From UHGV virus genome UHGV-0299211: a DNA stretch of 49,614 nucleotides. One strand, written 5' to 3'. The translations under genes were made by a program, and so were the position numbers. This stretch comes from a virus. The notes below the pieces were generated by a model, which was not told the origin of the DNA, did not search any database, and was given only the letters and a program-made list of their open reading frames with translations. Positions within the stretch are counted from its first letter, which is position 1. Every line of letters starts with the position of its first letter. This document shows, one piece after another, positions 35,171 through 44,629 of the stretch.

Positions 35171-36085
35171 ATGAGTAAAACAGCACAAGGGTTAATTGAT
35201 TTCGCAAAGAGTAAAGTTGGAACTCCATACATTTATGGGGCAAAAGGAGAAGTTATAACACTGGACAGAATCAGAGAGTTAAGAAGAACATACGGTTCTA
35301 ACTGTGTTTGGTATAGTGATGACAACAAAGCCGGAAAAGTATGTGTAGATTGTAGTGGATTAATTAGTTGGTATACTGGTAAAATGCGTGGCAGTTACCA
35401 ATATAAAGAAACAGCAGTAGAGGTTATTCCAATCTCACAAAGAACAAACAATAACATTGGTTGGGCAGTATGGATGAAAGGACATATTGGAATTTATCTC
35501 GGAGATGATAAATACATTGCAGCAGATGGTTCAGCTTATGGTGTAAGAATAGCTAATCTGTCACAGAATAGATTTACACACCTTTTAAAACTTTGTGATA
35601 TTGATTATGGTAATGGAGTAACAGTAACAGGAGTAACAACACCACAGCCAAGCGGTGGACATTATAACGTACCAGTTAATTTTACATATGCAGTAAGAGT
35701 GGAGGGTGGAACAATATATCCATTTGTTAGAAACCTACAAGATTTTGCTGGTGTACAGGGCAGAAAGATAACAGATATCGCAATTAAGTGTGATGTAGGT
35801 TCAGTATCATATAGAGTTCATGTTCTTGGTGGAAGATGGTTACCATATGTTTCAGGATGTAACTGGAATGACAGTAACAATGGATATGCCGGAATTGGTA
35901 AAGTTATTGATGCTATTGAAGTTATCTATCATCCACCAGTAGGAAGTTGGCAGAAAGCGCAGTACAGAGTATCACCAGTAAAACGAGGATACTACTCATG
36001 GCAGTATAATGACGAAACAACAGGCGGACAAGATGGATATGCTGGTGCATATGGTGTTCCTATTGATAGATTCCAATTATTCTAA
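35171..36085 (+). CDS. Endolysin, NlpC/P60-family peptidase with a C-terminal wall-binding region
   Basis: GTPYIYGAKGE...CVDCSGLISWYTG matches the catalytic Cys motif. Confidence 0.7.
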   Translation: MSKTAQGLIDFAKSKVGTPYIYGAKGEVITLDRIRELRRTYGSNCVWYSDDNKAGKVCVDCSGLISWYTGKMRGSYQYKETAVEVIPISQRTNNNIGWAVWMKGHIGIYLGDDKYIAADGSAYGVRIANLSQNRFTHLLKLCDIDYGNGVTVTGVTTPQPSGGHYNVPVNFTYAVRVEGGTIYPFVRNLQDFAGVQGRKITDIAIKCDVGSVSYRVHVLGGRWLPYVSGCNWNDSNNGYAGIGKVIDAIEVIYHPPVGSWQKAQYRVSPVKRGYYSWQYNDETTGGQDGYAGAYGVPIDRFQLF

Positions 36086-36110
36086 AACAAACCAAAACAA
36101 ATATTTAATG

Positions 36111-36135
36111 GGGTGGAGAAATCCACCCTTTTGTT
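36111..36135 (+). terminator. Intrinsic terminator
   Basis: GGGTGGA-gaaa-TCCACCC followed by TTTTGTT. Confidence 0.75.
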
Positions 36136-36158
36136 ATATATAAAACATAAAATAAATA

Positions 36159-36187
36159 TTGACTTATATATATTTATATATTATAAT
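36159..36187 (+). promoter_or_regulatory. Sigma-A promoter TTGACT-17-TATAAT upstream of the portal gene
   Basis: Read directly from the sequence. Confidence 0.55.
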
Positions 36188-36219
36188 ATATTATATAATA
36201 GAAAGGAGTATAGTATTAT

Positions 36220-37785
36220 ATGGCTAGTAATAAACAACATAGTGTTGAAGTAATACAAGCATTAAGAAACTTTCCTTATTTTGTTTTAAGAAATGAAATA
36301 GAAGAGGGATATAATTTATATACACAAGAATTGTTACAGATACAACAAAACTATATTGATTATAAAAAAGGTGCTGAGTTTATAACAGAGGGAACAGCAG
36401 GGGATTATGTAGCATCAGATGTTAGATTTAAAATTGCAAAAACATTGATTGATAAAGAAGCAAGATTTATGTTTAGTCAAACACCGGACTTTTTAATACA
36501 ACAAAATTATGTTGACGAAGAAAACACAGAACAAGTACAGCAGTATCAAACATTAGTAAACAAGGTTCTAAAGAACAGTAATTTTTCAAGAACATTGTTA
36601 CAAAGTGCAAAAGATTGTTTTATTGGAAAGCGTGTAGCATGTTTAGTTGATTTTTCAGAACAGGATGGAATTCAAACACATTTTTACAACAGTCTACAGT
36701 TTTATTATGAGACAGACTACGGTTCAGACAGATTAACAAAGTTTATAAGTTTTGAAAGTGTGAACAGGACAAGACAAACAAACCAAAAGAAATATTTAGT
36801 AAATAGATATGAAGAAATAAACGGTAAAATACATTTTAGTTCTATTCTGTATAATGGACTTGGAAATGTAGAACAAGAAGTTGTGGCAGAGCAGATAACA
36901 GAGTTGGAATATATCCCAGCAGTTGTTATTTTGAATGATGGAACATTGATTGATAAGCTAGGCGTATCAGAAATTGAAGATTTGGCAATGTATGAAGCAG
37001 GATATAGTAGACTCGGAAATGCAGATATAGACAGTGAAAGAAAAGGCATGAATCCTATTCGTTATACAGTAGATATGAATGCAGAAACAACAGCTAACCT
37101 AAGCAGTGGAGCTGGTGCATATTGGGACTTACGTTCAGAACAAAATCAAAATGAAGTAAATCCGCAAGTCGGAACATTAGCACCACAGATGAATCATACA
37201 GAGAGTGTTAAAACAACACTAGACAGAATTAAAACAACAATGTATGGAGAGCTTGATATACCAAACATTTCAGAAGAAACAATGGCGGGAACAATAACAA
37301 GTGGAAAAGCATTAAAAGCATTATATTATCCATTACAAGTAAGATGTGATGAAAAGATGAAAGCGTGGATTCCAGCGTTAGAGTTTGTTGTTGAATGTAT
37401 TTTGGATATTGCAATGTTAAACAAAGATGAAGTTGTTTCAAGGTATGTTTTAACAGGATTGGATGAAATACAGTATAACATTAATATTTTAGAACATTAT
37501 GCATTAATGGAAGATGAAGATGACGAAAAAGCATCAGACCTTTCAGAGATTGCGGCAAATGCTAGAAGTAGAAAGTCGTACATTAAGAAGTGGAGAAAGG
37601 ACGAATTTAAAACAGATGCACAGATTGATGATGAACTTATGCAAATAGCAATAGAAAACAATATGTTTGATAGTATGAGCATGAATACACAAGTACAAGG
37701 TGAGCTTGATGATATTGGAACACAGAACCAAGTAGAAAAGAATGTACAACAAATTGAAACACAAACAAAATTTGAAAACATGTAA
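36220..37785 (+). CDS. Portal protein (putative)
   Basis: 521 aa. It sits between terL and the Mu-F/gp7-like gene. Acidic C-terminus. Confidence 0.55.
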   Translation: MASNKQHSVEVIQALRNFPYFVLRNEIEEGYNLYTQELLQIQQNYIDYKKGAEFITEGTAGDYVASDVRFKIAKTLIDKEARFMFSQTPDFLIQQNYVDEENTEQVQQYQTLVNKVLKNSNFSRTLLQSAKDCFIGKRVACLVDFSEQDGIQTHFYNSLQFYYETDYGSDRLTKFISFESVNRTRQTNQKKYLVNRYEEINGKIHFSSILYNGLGNVEQEVVAEQITELEYIPAVVILNDGTLIDKLGVSEIEDLAMYEAGYSRLGNADIDSERKGMNPIRYTVDMNAETTANLSSGAGAYWDLRSEQNQNEVNPQVGTLAPQMNHTESVKTTLDRIKTTMYGELDIPNISEETMAGTITSGKALKALYYPLQVRCDEKMKAWIPALEFVVECILDIAMLNKDEVVSRYVLTGLDEIQYNINILEHYALMEDEDDEKASDLSEIAANARSRKSYIKKWRKDEFKTDAQIDDELMQIAIENNMFDSMSMNTQVQGELDDIGTQNQVEKNVQQIETQTKFENM

Positions 37786-37806
37786 ACACAGTAAAGGGTG
37801 TAAGAA

Positions 37807-38802
37807 ATGGCACAAAAGTTCAGTTTAAAAAATGCAGAACAAGTAAGACAGACAACAATAGTACAGATGCAAAAAGACATAAAACAAATGTATGAGAATT
37901 TATACAAAGATGTAACAAAACAAATAGCAAGCATGGGTAATGGAAACATGCAAAAACAAAATCTTGTATTGTTAAAGCGGAGTATAACAAAAAGGATTGA
38001 ACAATTAAATAAAGATATTAAAAATGGTGTTGTTCGAAATATGACAACAGTTTCTGAAAGTGTAGTGTATGATACTAGAACATTTTTAAAATATTGTGGT
38101 TTTAAAGATTCGGACATACATGAAGCATTTAGGTTTATTCCCGATCAAGTTGTTAGAAATATAATAACCGGGAATATATATCAAGATAATTGGACACTAA
38201 GTAAAGCAATATGGGGTTATAACAAACAAACACAGGAAAGTGTAAATAAAATAATCTCAATAGGAACAGCACAAGGAAAAAGCGCATATGAGATAGCACG
38301 TGATATTGAAAGTTATGTAGACCCAAAAGCAAGAAAGGCAAGTAATGTAATCTATAGCACTAGAAAAGCAAGAACGACAGATGTAAACAGTGGTAGGGCG
38401 AACAGAGTTGGAGAAACAATAAATGATAAGTTTAGGTTCGGACGTGTTGATTACAATGCACAAAGGCTTGCTAGAACATTAGTGTCACACGCATATCAAC
38501 AGAGTTTTGAAGCAGTAAACAAAAATGACCCTTTTGTCATTGGTTATAGATGGATAACAAGTAATTTTCATGGGAGAGTTTGTAGGATATGTGAGAACAG
38601 AGCTAAAGAAGATAAATATGGATTAGGACAGGGAGTGTATCCGAAAGATGCATTACCGTTAGACCATCCAAACGGAATGTGTACTTTTGAAGCTGTGATT
38701 CCTGATAGTATGTCAGATATAGCGAAGAAGATAGGAATGTGGTATAAATCACCAGTTGGAACGTTCCCGGAGATTGATAGATATGCATTAGATTTTATGT
38801 AG
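37807..38802 (+). CDS. Head morphogenesis protein, Mu gpF / SPP1 gp7 family
   Basis: C-terminal GRVCRICENRA...LPLDHPNGMCTF matches the HPNCRC-type motif. Confidence 0.65.
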   Translation: MAQKFSLKNAEQVRQTTIVQMQKDIKQMYENLYKDVTKQIASMGNGNMQKQNLVLLKRSITKRIEQLNKDIKNGVVRNMTTVSESVVYDTRTFLKYCGFKDSDIHEAFRFIPDQVVRNIITGNIYQDNWTLSKAIWGYNKQTQESVNKIISIGTAQGKSAYEIARDIESYVDPKARKASNVIYSTRKARTTDVNSGRANRVGETINDKFRFGRVDYNAQRLARTLVSHAYQQSFEAVNKNDPFVIGYRWITSNFHGRVCRICENRAKEDKYGLGQGVYPKDALPLDHPNGMCTFEAVIPDSMSDIAKKIGMWYKSPVGTFPEIDRYALDFM

Positions 38803-38816
38803 AACAGGAGAAGAAC

Positions 38817-39230
38817 ATGGAAGTAAAAAGAGTGTGTAACAAATGTGGAGAAGTAAATAGTTTGGATTCAAAGTCATTACTGAAAAAAGATGTATATGAC
38901 GAAGATAAAAAACATTATGTTATTTTGTATTTTGAATGTGTAAGATGTAAAGAAGTCGAAGTCGTTCAGATAGATGATAATGAGTCCATACAGACGTTTA
39001 AAGAGATTAAGGCACTATTTATCAAGGCAATGAGAAAACGCCTTAAAAAGGAAACTGTGAGCCCTAGAGAGGTAAAGAAAAAGGACAGACTTACAAAGAA
39101 ACTTAATGAAAAAAGAAAGTTGCTTAATGAAACTTCAAAAGGAAAAACTTTTTATGATGAAAATGGAAAAATATTTATAAAAGAGTTGACAATGTATACA
39201 GGTGGTGATATAATTGAAAGTGACATGTGA
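38817..39230 (+). CDS. Zn-ribbon protein with a basic coiled-coil tail
   Basis: CNKCGEV...CVRCKEV, followed by a K-rich helix. Confidence 0.45.
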   Translation: MEVKRVCNKCGEVNSLDSKSLLKKDVYDEDKKHYVILYFECVRCKEVEVVQIDDNESIQTFKEIKALFIKAMRKRLKKETVSPREVKKKDRLTKKLNEKRKLLNETSKGKTFYDENGKIFIKELTMYTGGDIIESDM

Positions 39231-39525
39231 TAAGTGTCAAATATCATTTTATCCAATGATAAAGGAAGAAAACAAACAAGTTGGAAAACAAAACATAACG
39301 AGGACTTTTCTAGCATGTCCGAATTGTGGAAAACAATATGATTCTTATTATGATAATCAAAAAACATTGATTTTGAAAAAACAAATAAGAAAATCAACAG
39401 CAAACATGAACAGTGAAACAAATGAAACAGAAAAGGCGAGATTTTTAAAAGGTATTGAGAAAAAGAAAAGACAGTTACAAAAAGAAGAGAGAATTTTACA
39501 AACATTATATAATAAAGGAGAATAG
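39214..39525 (+). CDS. Zn-ribbon protein, probable paralog of the 38817 product
   Basis: CDKCQIS...CPNCGKQ, followed by a basic helix. TTG start. Confidence 0.4.
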   Translation: MKVTCDKCQISFYPMIKEENKQVGKQNITRTFLACPNCGKQYDSYYDNQKTLILKKQIRKSTANMNSETNETEKARFLKGIEKKKRQLQKEERILQTLYNKGE

Positions 39526-39530
39526 AATAA

Positions 39531-40172
39531 ATGTCAGAAAATATTGATAACAATGCACAGGGAACAGGCGGAGACGATAACACACAGAACAATGACACAA
39601 ATCAGCAGACAAGTACACAGCAGAATAATAATGTTGATGTTGAAAAAGTAAAAGGTGATGCTGTAGCAGAATATCTTAAATCTTTAGGAGTTGAAGATTC
39701 AGAGTCTTTACAGGCAATCGTAAAGAAAGCTAAAGAGGACGAAGAAGCAAACAAAACTGATTTACAGAAAAAGGATGATGCATTAACAGCAACAACAAAA
39801 GAACTTGTTACAGAGCGTGAAGCAAGAGTAATTGCAGAAGCTAAATTGTCAGCTATTCAGTTAGGAGCAAAACCGGAGCTTGTGGATGATTTAGTTATTA
39901 TTGCAAAAGCAAAGGTAACAAAAGAAAAAGACATTAATGCTGTAATTGTAGAAATGAAAGACAGCACAAATGGAAAGATTTATTTTGCGACTGATGAAGA
40001 TGAAACAAACAAAAATGGAACAGTAACACGTTCAAGAGTAAAGAAAACAACAGAGCAAAATAAACAGGGTACAAACGGAGATTCAAACAATGGAGATTCA
40101 AAGTATGCCGGAACAATGGCTGAAAGATTACTTGCTGGAAGAAAAGCAGTAAAGAGCCACTATTTTAAATAA
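39531..40172 (+). CDS. Scaffolding protein (putative)
   Basis: Gln/Asn-rich N-terminus, central coiled coil, position before the decoration and capsid genes. Confidence 0.45.
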   Translation: MSENIDNNAQGTGGDDNTQNNDTNQQTSTQQNNNVDVEKVKGDAVAEYLKSLGVEDSESLQAIVKKAKEDEEANKTDLQKKDDALTATTKELVTEREARVIAEAKLSAIQLGAKPELVDDLVIIAKAKVTKEKDINAVIVEMKDSTNGKIYFATDEDETNKNGTVTRSRVKKTTEQNKQGTNGDSNNGDSKYAGTMAERLLAGRKAVKSHYFK

Positions 40173-40187
40173 AGGAGGGTAAAACAA

Positions 40188-40583
40188 ATGTTAAATCAAA
40201 CAGGAGTTAGAAAAGAAACATATGGTAATACAAACCAAATTCTTTTTGCAGTAGAACATCAAGTTTCTATGGGTGTAGTAGTAAGTAAAACACTCGGAGT
40301 TGCAGAGGGAACAAAGAAAGTTGTTAAAGCAGGAACACCACTTACAGGAAGTCTTGATGCAAGAACAACAGCATTCACAGAGGCATCAGCTGGAAGTTCT
40401 ACAGAAGCATCTGATGCAGTAGGAGTTCTGTTACATGATGTAGATGTTACAACAGGGGATGCAAACGGAACGTTGCTTTTGTTTGGGTTCGTAAACACAA
40501 ACAGAATTGATGCAACAACAAAAGCAAAACTTACAGATACAGTAAAGAAAGCAATGCCAATGATTAAATTCGTTGCTTGTTAA
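40188..40583 (+). CDS. Head decoration protein (lambda gpD-like)
   Basis: 131 aa, Gly/Thr-rich. It comes immediately before a gpE-like capsid gene. Confidence 0.45.
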   Translation: MLNQTGVRKETYGNTNQILFAVEHQVSMGVVVSKTLGVAEGTKKVVKAGTPLTGSLDARTTAFTEASAGSSTEASDAVGVLLHDVDVTTGDANGTLLLFGFVNTNRIDATTKAKLTDTVKKAMPMIKFVAC

Positions 40584-40608
40584 TTAAGAAATAGGAGGAA
40601 AACAAAAC

Positions 40609-41643
40609 ATGACAATTTATGACCTTATTATTAGTTCTGAAATTACATCATATTGGGAACTATTACAACAGGACAGAGATCCATATCTAGGAGAGGAACT
40701 TTTCCCAAATGATAAGAAACTCGGACTTACACTGAAATGGCTTAAAGGTTCTAATGGACTTCCAGTAGTTTTGAAAGCATCAGCGTTTGATGTACAGGCT
40801 ATTCCAAGACCGAGAATTGGATTTGAGAAGTTAAGCGCAGACATGCCATTCTTCAAAGAGTCCAAGTACATTGATGAAGAGTTAAGACAGGAACTTAACA
40901 AAATCATTGAGAGTGGAAACCAAGCATACATTGATGCTATCGTAAATAGAATCTTTGCAGATGAGGTTGAACTTCTTGAGGGTGCTTCTGCACAGAGAGA
41001 GCGTATGAGAATGATGATGCTTACTACAGGAACAATTTCTATGAAAGGAAATGGACAGGTTTATGAGTATGATTATGGTGTAGATAAAAGCCATAAAGTA
41101 ACAGTAACAAAGAGTTGGAGTGACCCGTCAGCAACAATCCTTGATGATATCAGAACAGGAATTACAAAAATCGTTGATGATACTGGCGTAACAGTTGAAA
41201 GAGCGGTATGTTCTTCAAAGGTGTTCGGATATATCAGAGCAAATACAGAAATTAAGAAATCTATCTATGTTCTTACAGATGGTGTTGGTTTTGTATCAGA
41301 TGCAAAAGTTAAACAGTTCATTAAAGATGAACTCGGAATTGATATTGTAGTATATGACAAACGATACAAAGATGAAGATGGAGCAGTTCAGAGATATGTT
41401 CCAGAAGATGTTTTTGTTATGTTCCCAACAGGAAAACTCGGAAACACATGGTTTGGTACAACACCAGAAGAGTCAGACCTTATGTCAAGTAATGTTGCAA
41501 ATGTGTCTATTACAGATACAGGAGTAGCAGTTACAACTATGACAAAGGCAGACCCAGTAAATGTAGAAACAAAAGTTACAATGATTTGTCTGCCAGACTT
41601 CCCGACAGCAGACCAAGTATATATTCTTGATGTAATAAAGTAA
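40609..41643 (+). CDS. Major capsid protein (lambda gpE-like)
   Basis: C-terminal RYVPEDVFVMFPTGKLGNTWFGTT aligns with lambda gpE NFLPDNTMVLGNTQARGLRTYG. N-terminus ...DPYLGEELFP. Confidence 0.65.
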   Translation: MTIYDLIISSEITSYWELLQQDRDPYLGEELFPNDKKLGLTLKWLKGSNGLPVVLKASAFDVQAIPRPRIGFEKLSADMPFFKESKYIDEELRQELNKIIESGNQAYIDAIVNRIFADEVELLEGASAQRERMRMMMLTTGTISMKGNGQVYEYDYGVDKSHKVTVTKSWSDPSATILDDIRTGITKIVDDTGVTVERAVCSSKVFGYIRANTEIKKSIYVLTDGVGFVSDAKVKQFIKDELGIDIVVYDKRYKDEDGAVQRYVPEDVFVMFPTGKLGNTWFGTTPEESDLMSSNVANVSITDTGVAVTTMTKADPVNVETKVTMICLPDFPTADQVYILDVIK

Positions 41644-41656
41644 GGGAGGAATAAAC

Positions 41657-41959
41657 ATGGCAATGGTTAATATTATGAAAGGTGAGCATACCGTTAAGGT
41701 AAGCCGCCAATCATATGAGACAATGTTCAAAAAGAATGGTTATGTTATTGTTGATGAAACAGAACAGAACATTGATGATATTGTAGAAGATGAACAGATT
41801 GAAGAAGATGATCCAGTTGATACAATTCCGATTTCTGAAATGAACAAAGAACAGCTTATGGAGTATGCAGAGAAACATAACATTGATACTTCAAAAGCTA
41901 AAAATGTAAGAGAAGCAAGACAGATTATTCAGAAAGCAATCCAGCAGAGTAAAATGTAA
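41657..41959 (+). CDS. Acidic protein with a C-terminal HeH/SAP-like motif
   Basis: MNKEQLMEYAEKHNIDTSKAKNVREARQIIQKAIQ. Confidence 0.4.
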   Translation: MAMVNIMKGEHTVKVSRQSYETMFKKNGYVIVDETEQNIDDIVEDEQIEEDDPVDTIPISEMNKEQLMEYAEKHNIDTSKAKNVREARQIIQKAIQQSKM

Positions 41960-41980
41960 ACAAATGTGGGAGGTGAGTAT

Positions 41981-42229
41981 ATGGATAATCTAGAACAGTT
42001 AAAATTCAACTTGAGAGAAAAACAAGCACCATATTTTGAAGTGGATGAATTGCAATATCTATTAGAAAAAAATAACGGTGATGTTAGAAAAGCAAGCTAT
42101 GATGGATTAATAATCAAAGCAGAGGTAACAGGGTTGGATGTGAGTGGTTTAACTACAAAAGACAGTTCTAGTTATTTCAAGATGCTTGCATCCCACTTTG
42201 TTTCTGTGAACAGTGGGGTGCTAAGATGA
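41981..42229 (+). CDS. Head-tail connector (gp6 / gp15-like)
   Basis: RBS GGAGGTGAG before ATG 41981. LEQLKFNLREKQ...DELQYLLEK pattern. Confidence 0.4.
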   Translation: MDNLEQLKFNLREKQAPYFEVDELQYLLEKNNGDVRKASYDGLIIKAEVTGLDVSGLTTKDSSSYFKMLASHFVSVNSGVLR

Positions 42230-42606
42230 ATGAGAAAATGTTACAGATAGAACTAAACAAAGTAAAACGAGAAATAAAAACACATGGCAGAAGTTATGTT
42301 GTTAAAAGAACAGTATTAAACAACTATGGAGAAGATACAGACAAGCAAGAGGAAGTTGTAGAAGTACAAGGATTGTTTCATACACAAAAAGGATATATAA
42401 CAAAAAGCGTTTCAGATGGTTCTAAAACACATTCAAAAGGACAGCCGAAATTAATGGTTGCATATGATGATTCTGTTTTGATTAAAAATGGAGATATGAT
42501 ACAAATAAATGAAAACACTTATAAGATTATTGAGAAAAATAATATGCAGGAGTTTAACATTATTTGTGATATATCAATGGAGTTGGTGTTAAATGGGAAC
42601 AATTAG
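42226..42606 (+). CDS. Head closure / head-tail joining protein
   Basis: Overlapping start. Position in the module. Confidence 0.4.
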   Translation: MNEKMLQIELNKVKREIKTHGRSYVVKRTVLNNYGEDTDKQEEVVEVQGLFHTQKGYITKSVSDGSKTHSKGQPKLMVAYDDSVLIKNGDMIQINENTYKIIEKNNMQEFNIICDISMELVLNGNN

Positions 42607-42949
42607 AATTGATGCGAAACAGTTACTTGACAATTTAGAGAGAGCAGAAACAAAATCACAAGTTGCAATTAAAATGTTTGCGACAAGTGGTGCAAAAAAG
42701 TTTCAGAACTATGCTAAGAGGAACAGACCGTGGACAGACAGAACAGGACATGCAAGGCAAAGGCTAACAGGATGGGTTGAACAAATTGGAAAAATGCGAA
42801 CAAGAATATATATAGGTCATGGAGTTGATTATGGTATATATTTAGAGTTATGTAATGAAAGAAGATTTGCTATTCTACAGCCAACCGTTAATGCGTGTTC
42901 CAAGGAAGTTTTGGACGGTTATAAGGATTTATTGAGGTATATCAAATGA
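42593..42949 (+). CDS. HK97 gp10-like tail-attachment (neck) protein
   Basis: KRNRPWTDRTGHARQRLTG motif. Confidence 0.45.
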   Translation: MGTIRIDAKQLLDNLERAETKSQVAIKMFATSGAKKFQNYAKRNRPWTDRTGHARQRLTGWVEQIGKMRTRIYIGHGVDYGIYLELCNERRFAILQPTVNACSKEVLDGYKDLLRYIK

Positions 42950-43305
42950 AAAGCATTATAGAACAGATTAGGGATACTATAGCGGTAGATGGAACAGAAG
43001 TATATTATCCATCACAGCACAAAGGAGAATGTATAAAAGAGTATGTCGTTGTAAAATCAGAGGGAACTTATGAACAGCAATCAGTTTCAAGTGAAAGACC
43101 GCTATACACAATTATGTTATATGTTCCAGTGAACAGATATGGAAGAATTGAAAGTTTCATGTTTGAAACAAAACAAAAAATGAAACAAGTATTTCCACTT
43201 GTTATGTATGTTGGAAATGAAACAGCAAGTTTTTATGATGAAGATAAAAATGCGCATATGGTATCATTTCAATACCAAGGCTGTAGAAAAATAGAAAATC
43301 GTTAG
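42946..43305 (+). CDS. Tail completion / terminator protein
   Basis: Position immediately upstream of the major tail protein. Confidence 0.4.
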   Translation: MKSIIEQIRDTIAVDGTEVYYPSQHKGECIKEYVVVKSEGTYEQQSVSSERPLYTIMLYVPVNRYGRIESFMFETKQKMKQVFPLVMYVGNETASFYDEDKNAHMVSFQYQGCRKIENR

Positions 43306-43316
43306 GAGGTTAAGCA

Positions 43317-43949
43317 ATGGCTAAAACACAGAAAAAAGCAGTTGGAATTCCAACCATTGACGTTTCGCTTGTAGTGATAAGAACAGGTGTGGTTGATGGT
43401 GACGATACAAATGCAACAGAGATTGCGGTAGATACAGCGAATAAAGTAGGAGTCGAACCGCAGACAGAAACAACAGATGCAATTAAACTTGTAAAAGATG
43501 GAAGATTAATTGCACAGAAACCAGCAAAGACAACAATTACTGGACACCAAATTACATTGACAGATAATGTGTTCATTCTAGAAATTGTTAAGACTCTGCA
43601 AGGCGGAACAGTAGAGGGAAGCGGAGATTCATTAACATATACACCGCCAGTTGCAGGAAGTACAGACAAAGGACAAGTATTTGAACTCGATTGTTATTCA
43701 GCACAATATGATGCAAGTGGTCAGATTGTTAGATATGAGAAAATCACATATCCTAACTGTCAAGGAACACCAGTGGCAATGAGTTCAGAAGATAATGTAT
43801 TTAGAGTTCCAGAGTACACAATTAATTCAGCACCAAAAGAGGGAGAAGCACCTTATAAGATTTCTTATACAAAAACACTCCCACAGTTCACAGATGTGTC
43901 TGTATTGTCAGATGAAGATAGTTTTGAAACAGGACTTGCAGTAAATTAA
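43317..43949 (+). CDS. Major tail protein
   Basis: RBS TAGGAGGT. 210 aa. Position before the chaperone and tape measure genes. Confidence 0.6.
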   Translation: MAKTQKKAVGIPTIDVSLVVIRTGVVDGDDTNATEIAVDTANKVGVEPQTETTDAIKLVKDGRLIAQKPAKTTITGHQITLTDNVFILEIVKTLQGGTVEGSGDSLTYTPPVAGSTDKGQVFELDCYSAQYDASGQIVRYEKITYPNCQGTPVAMSSEDNVFRVPEYTINSAPKEGEAPYKISYTKTLPQFTDVSVLSDEDSFETGLAVN

Positions 43950-43973
43950 AACAAAGAATAGGAGAGAAAGAAC

Positions 43974-44381
43974 ATGGCAAGAACAGCAAAAACAGAACAG
44001 GTAACAAGTTTGGAACAGTTGAAGCAATATGCAAATGGTAACATTGTAAGGCTTCCTGATTTTGCAGAGGGTCAGCCTTTTGTTGCAAAACTTAAAAGAC
44101 CATCTATTTTAGGAATGGCAAAACAGGGAAAGATTCCAAACTCATTACTTGTTAAAACAAATGAGTTATTCGTACAGAGTGGAAGTCTTGATACAGAAGA
44201 GAATGGTATGATGCAAGAAATCTATGATGTAATTGATTTGATTGCAAGAGAAACTTTTGTAGAGCCAACATATGAGGAAATCAAAAGTACAGGGATTGAG
44301 CTTACAGATGAACAGATGATGTTCATTTTTAATTACTCACAACAGGGGGTAAAAGCTTTAGAATCCTTTCGTACAGAGTAA
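43974..44381 (+). CDS. Tail assembly chaperone (gpG-like). No -1 or +1 extension is available.
   Basis: 135 aa acidic protein before the tape measure gene. Both alternative frames stop within 10 nt of its 3' end. Confidence 0.5.
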   Translation: MARTAKTEQVTSLEQLKQYANGNIVRLPDFAEGQPFVAKLKRPSILGMAKQGKIPNSLLVKTNELFVQSGSLDTEENGMMQEIYDVIDLIARETFVEPTYEEIKSTGIELTDEQMMFIFNYSQQGVKALESFRTE

Positions 44382-44410
44382 AAAGGTAGAAAGCGTATTA
44401 GCAATATCAA

Positions 44411-44475
44411 GGCAGTATAAACGTTTACCTAGTGAAGTGCTAGGGATAGAGGACAGTTATACTGCCTTTTGTTTT
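44411..44475 (+). terminator. Branched hairpin followed by TTTTGTTTT (terminator or attenuator-like structured element)
   Basis: 10-bp stem GGCAGTATAA/TTATACTGCC enclosing an inner hairpin CCTAG-tgaagtg-CTAGG, then a T-run. Confidence 0.45.
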
Positions 44476-44629
44476 AACGAAGCATGTTGTGAATTAACAT
44501 TGAGATTAACAGAGGGAGAAAAACCTCATTATATAGAACAGAACAAAAAAGCGGAGACAAAACACTATAACAATTTTAAAGATTTTTATAAACAGTACGA
44601 ATAAAAGTATTGTTTGAAAGGAGAAACAA

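Noticed and set aside
37497-38117. 206-aa minus-strand ORF spanning the portal / gp7-like junction
   Set aside because: Antisense to two well-supported structural genes. Cys/Phe/Ser-rich, looks spurious.
44340-44390. Programmed -1 or +1 frameshift extending the tail chaperone (gpG-T)
   Set aside because: The -1 frame stops at 44387 and the +1 frame at 44350. No slippery heptamer is present.
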